Translations under genes and position numbers: made by a program
Origin: Patescibacteria group bacterium
GTDB taxonomy: Bacteria > Patescibacteriota > Patescibacteriia > PEXW01
Direction: 5' to 3'
NCBI GenBank assembly: GCA_041671325.1
Contig: JBAZBR010000001.1
Span: 221,332-285,331 of the forward strand
Length of the DNA: 64,000 nt
Part shown: in pieces, positions 27,927-36,374 of the stretch
Position numbering within the stretch: the first letter of the stretch is position 1
Layout: the number at the start of each line of letters is the position of its first letter
Notes under the pieces: generated by a model
The model's input: only the letters and a program-made list of their open reading frames with translations
Told to the model about the DNA's origin: nothing
Databases searched by the model: none

Positions 27927-28005
27927 AGTTATCCACAGATTTTTTAGGAAATTACTAAGACTTGTCAAAATCGTCTAATTTTGTCGTGGTTGACGAGAAC
28001 ACTTT

Positions 28006-28058
28006 AGTGGTGTAAAATGGAATAGCAGGGTGAAAAGTGGATAAAAGTGGGGATAAGT
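28006..28058 (+). promoter_or_regulatory. MraZ operator: GTGG-like repeats with 10-bp period; DnaA box at 27929-27937 upstream
   Basis: GTGG 28007, ATGG 28017, AGGG 28027, GTGG 28037, GTGG 28047 directly upstream of mraZ. Confidence 0.8.
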
Positions 28059-28105
28059 CATTTCACTTGTGCATAACTATTTCAAAACCCTTTAAGTTAA
28101 AGCAA

Positions 28106-28537
28106 ATGTTTATAGGCGAGTATCATCATGGCATAGACGAAAAGGGCCGGTTAGCCATACCGGTTAAGTTTCGTGAACGCCTTTTGCATGGCGCCGTGGT
28201 CACTCGGGGAATTGATAAGTGCCTTTTTGTTTACCCCCAGCGGGACTGGCTGCAGCTGGCAGATAAGCTGGCAAAACTACCTATTTCCCAAGCGAACACT
28301 CGGGCTTTTTCCCGTCTCATGCTGGCTGGAGCCATGCAATTGGAAGTTGATAAGCAGGGCCGGGTGGTTTTGCCGGATTATCTAAGGAAATATGGTTCGA
28401 TAAAGAAAAAAGTGGTGGTGGCAGGGCTGTATAATCGTTTGGAAATTTGGGATGAAAATGCCTGGGAAAAATATAAGACTAGCACAGAAAAAACCTCCGG
28501 TACTATCGCTGAAAACCTTGGCGCTTTAGGCGTTTAA
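28106..28537 (+). CDS. mraZ: Division/cell wall cluster repressor MraZ
   Basis: MFIGEY.H.IDEKGRLAIP, DKQGRVVLP, RLEIW. Confidence 0.97.
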   Translation: MFIGEYHHGIDEKGRLAIPVKFRERLLHGAVVTRGIDKCLFVYPQRDWLQLADKLAKLPISQANTRAFSRLMLAGAMQLEVDKQGRVVLPDYLRKYGSIKKKVVVAGLYNRLEIWDENAWEKYKTSTEKTSGTIAENLGALGV

Positions 28538-28552
28538 TTAATTAGGGGATCC

Positions 28553-29548
28553 ATGCTTGCCCCGAACCAATTGCTGGATTCAAATTCCAGCACAAACCCT
28601 AAACATATACCTGTTCTTTTAGAAGAAGTAATTGAGCTTAGCCAACCCAAAAACGGTGAAAATGTCATTGATTGCACATTAGGCTTAGGCGGTTATGCCG
28701 AGAAGTTTTTGGAAGCCATAAAACCTAACGGCAGGCTGTTGGGCTTGGATAGGGATGGCAAAGCCATAGGATTGGTAAAAACTAAATTTGAAAAATTCAA
28801 CGACAGGTTGATATTAAGGCAAGGTAATTTTGGTAACTTGAAAAATTTAATCAAAGATTTCCCCCAACCGGAAATTATTGTTGCTGACCTGGGCTTATCC
28901 AGCTTTGAACTGGATGACAAGAATAGGGGATTTGCTTTTCAAAAGCTTGGCCCGTTAGACATGCGAATGGACCAGACTTCTGGAAAGACGGCAGCTGATC
29001 TTTTAAATACGCTTCCAACCAAGGAGCTGGAAAAAATCTTGAGAGAATACGGCGAAGAGCCTAAAGCCGAATTGATTGCCAGGGGTATTTGCGAAAAAAG
29101 GAAAGTCAAACCGTTTGTAACTACTAAAGACTTAACTGAACTGATTGACGAAGTTTACAGAAAGCTATTGCATGCTCCGCCAAATCGGAAGTTGTGGTTT
29201 AAGCGGCAGTTGCATCCAGCCACCCAAACCTTTCAAGCCTTAAGAATTGCTGTCAATGATGAAATATCAGAATTGGAAAAATTCTTGCCCCAAGCTTTTG
29301 AAATTTTAAGACCAAAGGGCAGGCTGGCAGTGGTTTCGTTCCATTCCTTGGAAGACCGGCTGGTCAAAAGATTTTTCCAGGAGAAAGCCAAAAAATGCTC
29401 CTGTCCGCCAGAACAATTGCAATGCACTTGTGACCGAATTCCAGAAGGTTTACTCATTAGCAAAAAGCCAATCCAGCCAAGTTTACAAGAAATTAATTTC
29501 AATCCCAGAGCCCGCAGCGCGAAATTGCGGGCCATAAAAAAGAATTAA
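28553..29548 (+). CDS. rsmH: 16S rRNA m4C1402 methyltransferase
   Basis: HIPVLL, DCTLGLGG, DLGLSS, PLDMRM, FQALRIAVN, FHSLEDR, NPRARSAKLR. Confidence 0.97.
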   Translation: MLAPNQLLDSNSSTNPKHIPVLLEEVIELSQPKNGENVIDCTLGLGGYAEKFLEAIKPNGRLLGLDRDGKAIGLVKTKFEKFNDRLILRQGNFGNLKNLIKDFPQPEIIVADLGLSSFELDDKNRGFAFQKLGPLDMRMDQTSGKTAADLLNTLPTKELEKILREYGEEPKAELIARGICEKRKVKPFVTTKDLTELIDEVYRKLLHAPPNRKLWFKRQLHPATQTFQALRIAVNDEISELEKFLPQAFEILRPKGRLAVVSFHSLEDRLVKRFFQEKAKKCSCPPEQLQCTCDRIPEGLLISKKPIQPSLQEINFNPRARSAKLRAIKKN

Positions 29549-29908
29549 ATGTCCAAGTTCACCCAATTTTTTAGAAGCCATTTAAGAAAGACCCGTACGG
29601 AGGAATCCATAAAATGCCAAAGCCTTTGGCATGCTCAAAACCTGCCGATTGTTTTGGGTGTGCTAATTGCCGTTTTAGCGGTTGGTTATTTAATTCAAAT
29701 CAACCGAAGCTCGACAAAAAGTTTTATGGTTCATGCCCTAACCCAAAAGCAGCAAGCCTTGATTGAACAAAGGAGAAATTTGGAGTTGCAGCAAGCCGAG
29801 CTCTCGGCTTTAACTAATTTGGAAAATTCCCCAATCATTTCCGAAATGGTAGCCAGTCGGAATCCAGAATACCTGTTGCCACCTGCAGCTGATGTGGCCA
29901 GAAAATAA
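29549..29908 (+). CDS. ftsL: FtsL-like cell division protein
   Basis: Lies between rsmH and the PBP gene; single TM helix followed by a coiled coil. Confidence 0.65.
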   Translation: MSKFTQFFRSHLRKTRTEESIKCQSLWHAQNLPIVLGVLIAVLAVGYLIQINRSSTKSFMVHALTQKQQALIEQRRNLELQQAELSALTNLENSPIISEMVASRNPEYLLPPAADVARK

Positions 29909-29920
29909 CCTAAACTTGCC

Positions 29921-31669
29921 ATGGTGAAAAGGCTCCGGCCAAGGACCTCACCAAACAATCGCGATCGCCTCTGGGTTATACAGGTGGTCGTGGTTGCGTT
30001 TACCGCCATAATTGGCCTGCGATTATTTACTTTGCAGGTTATCAGGCACAGCGCTTATGCGGCGATTGCGGAAAATGAGAGTAATTTAGCGGCTAAATTA
30101 ATACCAAACCGGGGCGATATATTCGTTAAAGACCGGGCAAACCCAGAAGAGCTTTTCCCTTTGGCCACCAGCCGGAACGAACCCTTGGTTTACGCCATCC
30201 CGAATTCGATAATAGAAAAAGAAGCTACCGCCGCTGTTCTGGCGCCAATTTTGAGCATGGATAAAGAAGAAATTTTATACAAGGTTTCCAAACCAAAGGA
30301 CATTTACGAAGTCCTAAAAAGAAGACTGACTGTACCTGAAGTTGCGGCTATTGAAGAATTGAGACTAAAAGGCATTAAATTTGAAGATGAGAGATGGCGC
30401 TATTATCCGGAAAATTATTTCGCTAGCCACGTCGTGGGTTTTGTGGGCTATAAGGGTGATGAAAGAAAAGGATTGTATGGGGTGGAAGCGGCCATGGATT
30501 TAGTCTTAGCTGGCAAGGAAGGCAAGCTTCAAGATCAATCCGCAGCCAGGGAGTTTTTACCGGTAGCAGGAGGATTTTTTAAAGAAGCAGTGAATGGCGC
30601 AAATATTACTTTAACCTTGGATCATACTGTCCAATACCAGGCTTGTTCAAAATTAAAAACTGCAGTTGCCAAGCATGGGGCTGATGGCGGTGCCTTGGCA
30701 ATCATGGAAGTGGCGACTGGCCGGATGCTGGCAATTTGCGGCCAGCCGGATTATGACCCGAATAATTATTCAAAGACTGAAAACCCTTCGGCTTTTAATA
30801 ATCCAGTAGTTTTTGGCGCTTATGAACCAGGGTCGGTTTTCAAGGCCATAACCATGGCTGCGGCTTTGGATTTGGGCAAGGTTACGCCGCAAAGCACTTA
30901 TGTAGACACTGGCGCAGTTAAAATTGGGTCGTTCACCATCCGCAACTCTGATGAAAAAGCTTATGGCACGCAAACCATGACCCAGGTTTTGGAAAAATCT
31001 TTGAACACTGGGGCTATCCATGCCGCAGAACTAGTCGGGCTCCAGCCCCTTGCCAAGTATGTAAAAAACTTTGGCTTTGGCGAAAAAACTAATATTGAAA
31101 TGAGCGGTGAGATTGGGGGAAACTTGGCCGCCTTAACTAAGAAGGGGGATATCTTTTTAGCCACTTCTTCTTTTGGCCAGGGGATTACCGTGACGCCACT
31201 TCAATTATTGGCGGCTTTTGGGGCAATTGCCAATGGCGGAAAATTAATGAAGCCTTTTGTGGTGTCAGAAATCCGTTACCCAGACGGTCGGACTGAAAAA
31301 ACTGAATCCCAAGTCGTTCGCCAGGTCATTCGCGCTGACACTGCTTCAACCCTTTCGGCCATGCTGGTAAACGTGGTTGAGCATGGGCATGGCAAGAAAG
31401 CCGGGGTACCGGGTTATTATATTGCCGGCAAAACTGGCACTGCCCAAGTCAGGGCAACCACTGGGAGTGGTTATGATCCTCACAAAACCAACGGGACTTT
31501 TGCAGGCTTTGCGCCAGTGGAAAATCCGCGCTTTGCCATGGTCGCGGTTATTAATGTGCCAAAAGACGTACAGTTTGCCGAAAGTTCAGCCGCCCCCCTA
31601 TTTGGGGAAATTATGGATTTTTTGCTTAAGTATTATGACATTCAACCCAATAGGGAAGTTTCTCAATGA
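29921..31669 (+). CDS. ftsI: Class B penicillin-binding protein (FtsI)
   Basis: RGDI, EPGSVFK (SxxK), SLN (SxN), KTGTAQ. Confidence 0.92.
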   Translation: MVKRLRPRTSPNNRDRLWVIQVVVVAFTAIIGLRLFTLQVIRHSAYAAIAENESNLAAKLIPNRGDIFVKDRANPEELFPLATSRNEPLVYAIPNSIIEKEATAAVLAPILSMDKEEILYKVSKPKDIYEVLKRRLTVPEVAAIEELRLKGIKFEDERWRYYPENYFASHVVGFVGYKGDERKGLYGVEAAMDLVLAGKEGKLQDQSAAREFLPVAGGFFKEAVNGANITLTLDHTVQYQACSKLKTAVAKHGADGGALAIMEVATGRMLAICGQPDYDPNNYSKTENPSAFNNPVVFGAYEPGSVFKAITMAAALDLGKVTPQSTYVDTGAVKIGSFTIRNSDEKAYGTQTMTQVLEKSLNTGAIHAAELVGLQPLAKYVKNFGFGEKTNIEMSGEIGGNLAALTKKGDIFLATSSFGQGITVTPLQLLAAFGAIANGGKLMKPFVVSEIRYPDGRTEKTESQVVRQVIRADTASTLSAMLVNVVEHGHGKKAGVPGYYIAGKTGTAQVRATTGSGYDPHKTNGTFAGFAPVENPRFAMVAVINVPKDVQFAESSAAPLFGEIMDFLLKYYDIQPNREVSQ

Positions 31670-31701
31670 CAAATTTAATCTTTCCATGTTAGGGTAAGTT
31701 T

Positions 31702-32988
31702 ATGAAGAAAATGATCTTAAAAATATTGGAATGGAAGCTGACTTTTTTAGCCAAGAGGGTATTGGCTAAATATCAGCCGAAAATTGTGGCAGTGGCTGGT
31801 TCAGTTGGCAAGACTTCAACAGTCAAAGCCATTGCTTTAGCCCTGGCTAAGGATTTTAAAGTTGGCCAGACATTGCGAAGTTACAACCACGAATTAGGTT
31901 TACCTTTATCCATTTTGAGATTGGAAACCGGCTATCGGTCACTTTGGCGCTGGATAAAAATATTTTATTTAGGTAGTAAATTGGCGTTTGGGAGAAAGTC
32001 AGAACATTATCCAAATTTATTGGTATTAGAAATTGGGGCAGAAAAAGTTGGGGATTTGGATAAATTTTTAAAGTGGGTTCATCCCGAAATCGGCGTGCTT
32101 ACCGCCGTCACCACCGAACATGTTGAATTTTTTGGCACGGTGAATGCGGCGATTAATGAAGAATTTAAAATTATTAAAAATTTACCCAAGACCGCTACTG
32201 CCGTAATTAATGATGATGACTCGAATATTGTAGGGATGGCAAAAGACATTAAAAACCCTATTATCCGTTTTAGCCAGACCCACCAGGTTGAAGTCACCGT
32301 GACCAATGCCGCAATCCTGGGAGAAAGCATTACTGATGTCCAGGGGGTGAGTGCAAAAATTTCCGTGGCAGGCAGCAGCATTCCAGTAGTAATTAAGGAT
32401 ACTCTGGGTAGCCATTCATTATATGCCGTAGCTGCGGCTTTTGCCGCTGCCCAGGCTTTAAAAGTAAACCTATCAAATGTTTCTGAACAAATGCGGAATT
32501 ACCAGCCCCCAGCTGGCCGGATGCATTTAATCAAAGGGATAAAGAATACTTTGATTATTGATGACACTTATAATTCTTCACCTGCAGCCGCAAAAGCCGC
32601 CATTGAAACCTTGCAGGAATTAAAAACCTCAAGTAAAAAATATGCAATCCTGGGTGACATGTTAGAACTTGGTTCAGTCAGCGAAGAAGAACATAAAAAG
32701 TTGGGGGAGTTTGTAGCTGGCAAGACTGATTATTTAATTACGGTTGGCGAACAGGCTAAGCATATCGCCCAAGCCGCAGAAAAAGCTGAGATGAATGAGG
32801 ATAAGATTTTAAGTTTTGATAAACCTGAAGGCGTGGGAAACTTTTTGCAGGACCGTTTGCATCCTGGAGATTTGATATTAATAAAAGCCTCCCAAGGTAC
32901 GCGCTGTGAAAAAATCGTTAAGGAAATTATGGCTGAGCCAGAAAAGGCCAAGGAATTATTAACTCGGCAATATTGGCCCTGGATTTAA
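31702..32988 (+). CDS. murF: UDP-MurNAc-tripeptide--D-Ala-D-Ala ligase
   Basis: GSVGKTS, SYNHELGLPL, DDTYNSSP, LGDMLELG, LIKASQG. Confidence 0.92.
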   Translation: MKKMILKILEWKLTFLAKRVLAKYQPKIVAVAGSVGKTSTVKAIALALAKDFKVGQTLRSYNHELGLPLSILRLETGYRSLWRWIKIFYLGSKLAFGRKSEHYPNLLVLEIGAEKVGDLDKFLKWVHPEIGVLTAVTTEHVEFFGTVNAAINEEFKIIKNLPKTATAVINDDDSNIVGMAKDIKNPIIRFSQTHQVEVTVTNAAILGESITDVQGVSAKISVAGSSIPVVIKDTLGSHSLYAVAAAFAAAQALKVNLSNVSEQMRNYQPPAGRMHLIKGIKNTLIIDDTYNSSPAAAKAAIETLQELKTSSKKYAILGDMLELGSVSEEEHKKLGEFVAGKTDYLITVGEQAKHIAQAAEKAEMNEDKILSFDKPEGVGNFLQDRLHPGDLILIKASQGTRCEKIVKEIMAEPEKAKELLTRQYWPWI

Positions 32989-33113
32989 GAACTAATTTGG
33001 GATTATGGTTTTCACCCTGTTTTTTGCTATACAAATTATTTTAACTTGACAAAGCCCGTATAAGGAGTAAATTTGTTTGAACAAAAAGAATAAAGAAAAG
33101 GAGTTCTTATAAA

Positions 33114-33332
33114 ATGTCCTTGGAACACTTGATGGAAAATCTTGGTTCAAGCGATCTGCATACGGTTATCAGGTTGCATGACCAAGACGCACGTTGCCAA
33201 TGTCAAAGTGAAAACAAGCAAGTTTTCGCATGCACCATATGCTCAGTGGTTTTTTGCAATCATTGTCCTAACGTGAAAATTTCCCAGACTACTATCACAT
33301 GTCCGGATGGGCATAAGATGTTGCTTAAGTAG
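33114..33332 (+). CDS. Small Cys-rich orphan protein (putative zinc finger)
   Basis: CxC, CxxC, CxxC, CPxGH; TTGACA promoter at 33046, AAGGAG SD, terminator near 33343-33370. Confidence 0.65.
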   Translation: MSLEHLMENLGSSDLHTVIRLHDQDARCQCQSENKQVFACTICSVVFCNHCPNVKISQTTITCPDGHKMLLK

Positions 33333-33405
33333 GTTGTTTGAAAAAAGGCCGAGGTTAACGCTCGGTCTTTTTCTTTTGGGGTTTTTAGCCTTATAATGAC
33401 CATAT

Positions 33406-35109
33406 ATGTGGAAAAAAATAATAATAATCTCAAGTTTCTTATTCATCTTCCCTTTAGTAGCCCATCAGCAAGTTACATCAGAGCAAGTGGATGTATTTAA
33501 GGCCAAGATCGAAATTCAGTCCGACACCACCGTTAAGGTCCAGGAAACCATCCTTTATAATTTTGGGAGTTCAGAAAGGCATGGCATATACCGCAATATC
33601 CCTTATGTTTACAACCGCAAAGGCGCTAAATATACGCTTAGGGTAATGATCCAGAGCGTCAAAGACGAAAACGGCCGGGATTACAAATTTACCCAAAGCC
33701 GGAGCGGGGGCATGTTTGAAATCAAAATCGGTGACAGCAAAACTTATGTGAGCGGCGAAAAAACTTATGTCATCGAGTATACAGTAAACCGTGCGATAAA
33801 TTATTTCGAGCAACAAGATGAATTCTATTGGAATGTGACTGGCAATGGTTGGGAAGTGCCAATTCAGTCTGCTAGCGCTGAAGTGACATTACCAAATAAT
33901 GCGGCGCCTAAGGAAATAATTTGTTATACAGGGCAGACAGGTTCGACTTTAACCAATTGCACCAAGAACATTAAAGCCGATAAGTCTGCGGAATTCATTG
34001 CTCAGTCCCTTTTGGCTTTCCAGGGTTTGACCATTGATGTGGCAATCAAGAAAGGGGTTTTGGCAAAACCCACGGGTTTTGAAAGCGCAAAATTTTTTTT
34101 AATTGACAACTGGTATTTTGTCATCCCGATTTTGGTTTGGCTGTGCCTGCATTGGCTTTGGCTGAAAAAAGGCAAGGATCCCAAAGGCCGGGGAACAATC
34201 GTGCCGCAATATGAACCGCCCTTGAATTTAATGCCTGGGGAATTAGGGACTTTGTGGGATGAAAAAGCAGATAGTAAAGAAGTCTCGGCAACCATTATTA
34301 ACCTGGCAGTCAAGGGATATTTGAAAATAAAAGATTTGGGCAATAAGAATTATGAATTTATCAGACTGAAGGAAGATACGAACCAGTCAAACCCAATCGA
34401 AAAGCAAGTTATGGATGCCTTGTTCAAGGAAGCGGGTAGTGCAAAAAGCGTGGAATTAAAATCTTTAAAAAACAAATTTTATTTAGACTTGACGCTTATT
34501 ACCAAGGCTTTGTATGAAAGCATGGCCAGCGAAGGATTTTTTAGTGCCAATCCCCAGACCGTGAAAGGTAAATACATCGGCATCGGTTTTGGCGTCTGCA
34601 TGTTTGGCTTTATGATTGTTCAAATCCAAAGCAGTTTTTTTGTAGTTTCTGCGTTTTTGGCTTTTATTTTGAGCGGGATTTTATTTATCATTTATGGAAG
34701 CTTCATGCCGCAAAAAACCATTAAGGGCGCAGAGACACAAGAAGAGATTAAGGGCTTCAGATGGTTTTTGTCCGTAACCGAAACCGAACGATTAAAATTC
34801 CATAATGCACCGGCCAAAAAGCCAGAACAATTTGAAAAGTTCTTGCCTTACGCCATGGTTTTGGAGGTAGAAAAAGAATGGGCTAAACAATTTGAAGGCA
34901 TGATGCTTTCGCAACCCGGTTGGTATGAAGGCCAACCAGGTGCGGTCTTCAATGCTGTTTATTTCGGTTCAATAATGTCAGGCATGAACCATGATATGAA
35001 TTCATCGCTTGCTTCCAGGCCATCTAGTGCTGGCAGCGGTACCTCTGGTTTTGGCGGCGGCGGATTTTCTGGCGGCGGTTTTGGAGGGGGTGGGGGCGGG
35101 TCTTGGTAA
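33406..35109 (+). CDS. DUF2207 membrane protein
   Basis: ERHGIYRNIP, EFYWNVTGNGW, FEKFLPYAM, Gly-rich GGGGGSW tail. Confidence 0.9.
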   Translation: MWKKIIIISSFLFIFPLVAHQQVTSEQVDVFKAKIEIQSDTTVKVQETILYNFGSSERHGIYRNIPYVYNRKGAKYTLRVMIQSVKDENGRDYKFTQSRSGGMFEIKIGDSKTYVSGEKTYVIEYTVNRAINYFEQQDEFYWNVTGNGWEVPIQSASAEVTLPNNAAPKEIICYTGQTGSTLTNCTKNIKADKSAEFIAQSLLAFQGLTIDVAIKKGVLAKPTGFESAKFFLIDNWYFVIPILVWLCLHWLWLKKGKDPKGRGTIVPQYEPPLNLMPGELGTLWDEKADSKEVSATIINLAVKGYLKIKDLGNKNYEFIRLKEDTNQSNPIEKQVMDALFKEAGSAKSVELKSLKNKFYLDLTLITKALYESMASEGFFSANPQTVKGKYIGIGFGVCMFGFMIVQIQSSFFVVSAFLAFILSGILFIIYGSFMPQKTIKGAETQEEIKGFRWFLSVTETERLKFHNAPAKKPEQFEKFLPYAMVLEVEKEWAKQFEGMMLSQPGWYEGQPGAVFNAVYFGSIMSGMNHDMNSSLASRPSSAGSGTSGFGGGGFSGGGFGGGGGGSW

Positions 35110-35112
35110 AGT

Positions 35113-35290
35113 CAGGGTGGGAAACCTACGGTTTCCCCGTCTCCCGCACCTTTTAATCAAAAATTAAGAACGGAATCCCGCCGAACGGCGGGACGGTGCT
35201 ACCCCTTTCCCTTGTGGAGTCGCTGTCTCAGTCGTCGCACAAAACAAGTTTGATGCTCCTTCTTCGTTGCGACGGTTTTCCGACAGTCAT
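35113..35290. repeat. Nested palindromic (REP/MITE-like) elements
   Basis: GGGAAACC-TAC-GGTTTCCC; GCACC..GGTGC enclosing TCCCGCCGAACGGCGGGA; CTGTC..GTCGCA..TGCGAC..GACAG. Confidence 0.55.
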
Positions 35291-35316
35291 CGGTCCGCAA
35301 AAGGAGATCTACCACT

Positions 35317-36084
35317 ATGAACAACCATTCAACCAATGAGAACGCAGTAACCTATCGGGCTTTGGCGCATTTTTACGACACGATGATGGGGGGGAATAAA
35401 TATCCGGGATGGAAAAACCTCATCGCTTCGGTTGTGAAACAGTATCATGTCGCAACTGGAACGTGTCTTGATGTGGCCTGCGGAACAGGAAACATTTCAA
35501 AACTCGCTCTTGAGCTTGGTTTTCGGGTTGTCGGCGTCGACATGTCGAAGGAAATGGTTTCTGTCGCTCAAACGAAATTTCCCAACGAAACGTTTATCGC
35601 TTCGGACATTCGGGATTTTACGTTAGGTCAAGAAGCCACATCCGGCATTACGCTCGCAGTATCGTTTTACGATTCCCTGAACTATCTTCTTTCGGATGAG
35701 GACATGCTCAAGGCGCTTGAGGCGGTTTATCGAAATGTTGCTTCTGGGACAATCTTTCTTTTCGACATGAATACGCTCGATCATGTTCAGGCTGCCCAGA
35801 AGTATGCGCCTCGAGTGCAGGTTGAACCCGACTTCTATTCTGTTTATCGCTTTAGCGGTGAAGGAAGATTCTGGGTTCTTGATATGGATATCTTCGTCAA
35901 AGAAGGTGCCATGTATCGTCTAGCGCAAGAGCGCCACGTAGAACGATCCTATGATCGGGACGATATCGTTCCGCTTGTCAAAAAAGCAGGATTCGAACTT
36001 TTGGAAGTAAAAGAGGAATACAAAGTCTATCCAGACGGTGTAAACCGTTTGAGTAGACTGTATTTCATTGTTCGTAAACCCTAA
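35317..36084 (+). CDS. Class I SAM-dependent methyltransferase
   Basis: LDVACGTG, GVDMSKEM, YDSLNYL, FLFDMNT, HVERSY. Confidence 0.9.
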   Translation: MNNHSTNENAVTYRALAHFYDTMMGGNKYPGWKNLIASVVKQYHVATGTCLDVACGTGNISKLALELGFRVVGVDMSKEMVSVAQTKFPNETFIASDIRDFTLGQEATSGITLAVSFYDSLNYLLSDEDMLKALEAVYRNVASGTIFLFDMNTLDHVQAAQKYAPRVQVEPDFYSVYRFSGEGRFWVLDMDIFVKEGAMYRLAQERHVERSYDRDDIVPLVKKAGFELLEVKEEYKVYPDGVNRLSRLYFIVRKP

Positions 36085-36156
36085 CCCCCTACTTTCGAAG
36101 GAGGGGATATTTTCGTAATTCAATTACCAAAGGGGAGAATAAAAAGTGGGGGTTCT

Positions 36157-36234
36157 TGTCATTGCGAGGAACGAGTTTCCGAGTAACGCGGCAATCTAAT
36201 GAATTTTTCTCATCCCGAATTAATTTCGGGATCT
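36157..36234 (+). repeat. Two tandem REP-like elements
   Basis: TGTCATTGCGAG...CGCGGCAATCT followed by TCATCCCGAATTAATTTCGGGATCT. Confidence 0.65.
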
Positions 36235-36374
36235 TTTTTTTAATATGTATCTTTGTGACCCAGACGTACGTCGACGGTAATCGCCAGCATTTGACAGTTT
36301 TAAGTTTGACTTTATGCTTGACAAGAGCATACTTTAAGCGTAATCTAAGCCGTTACAATTAATTTTTTATAAAT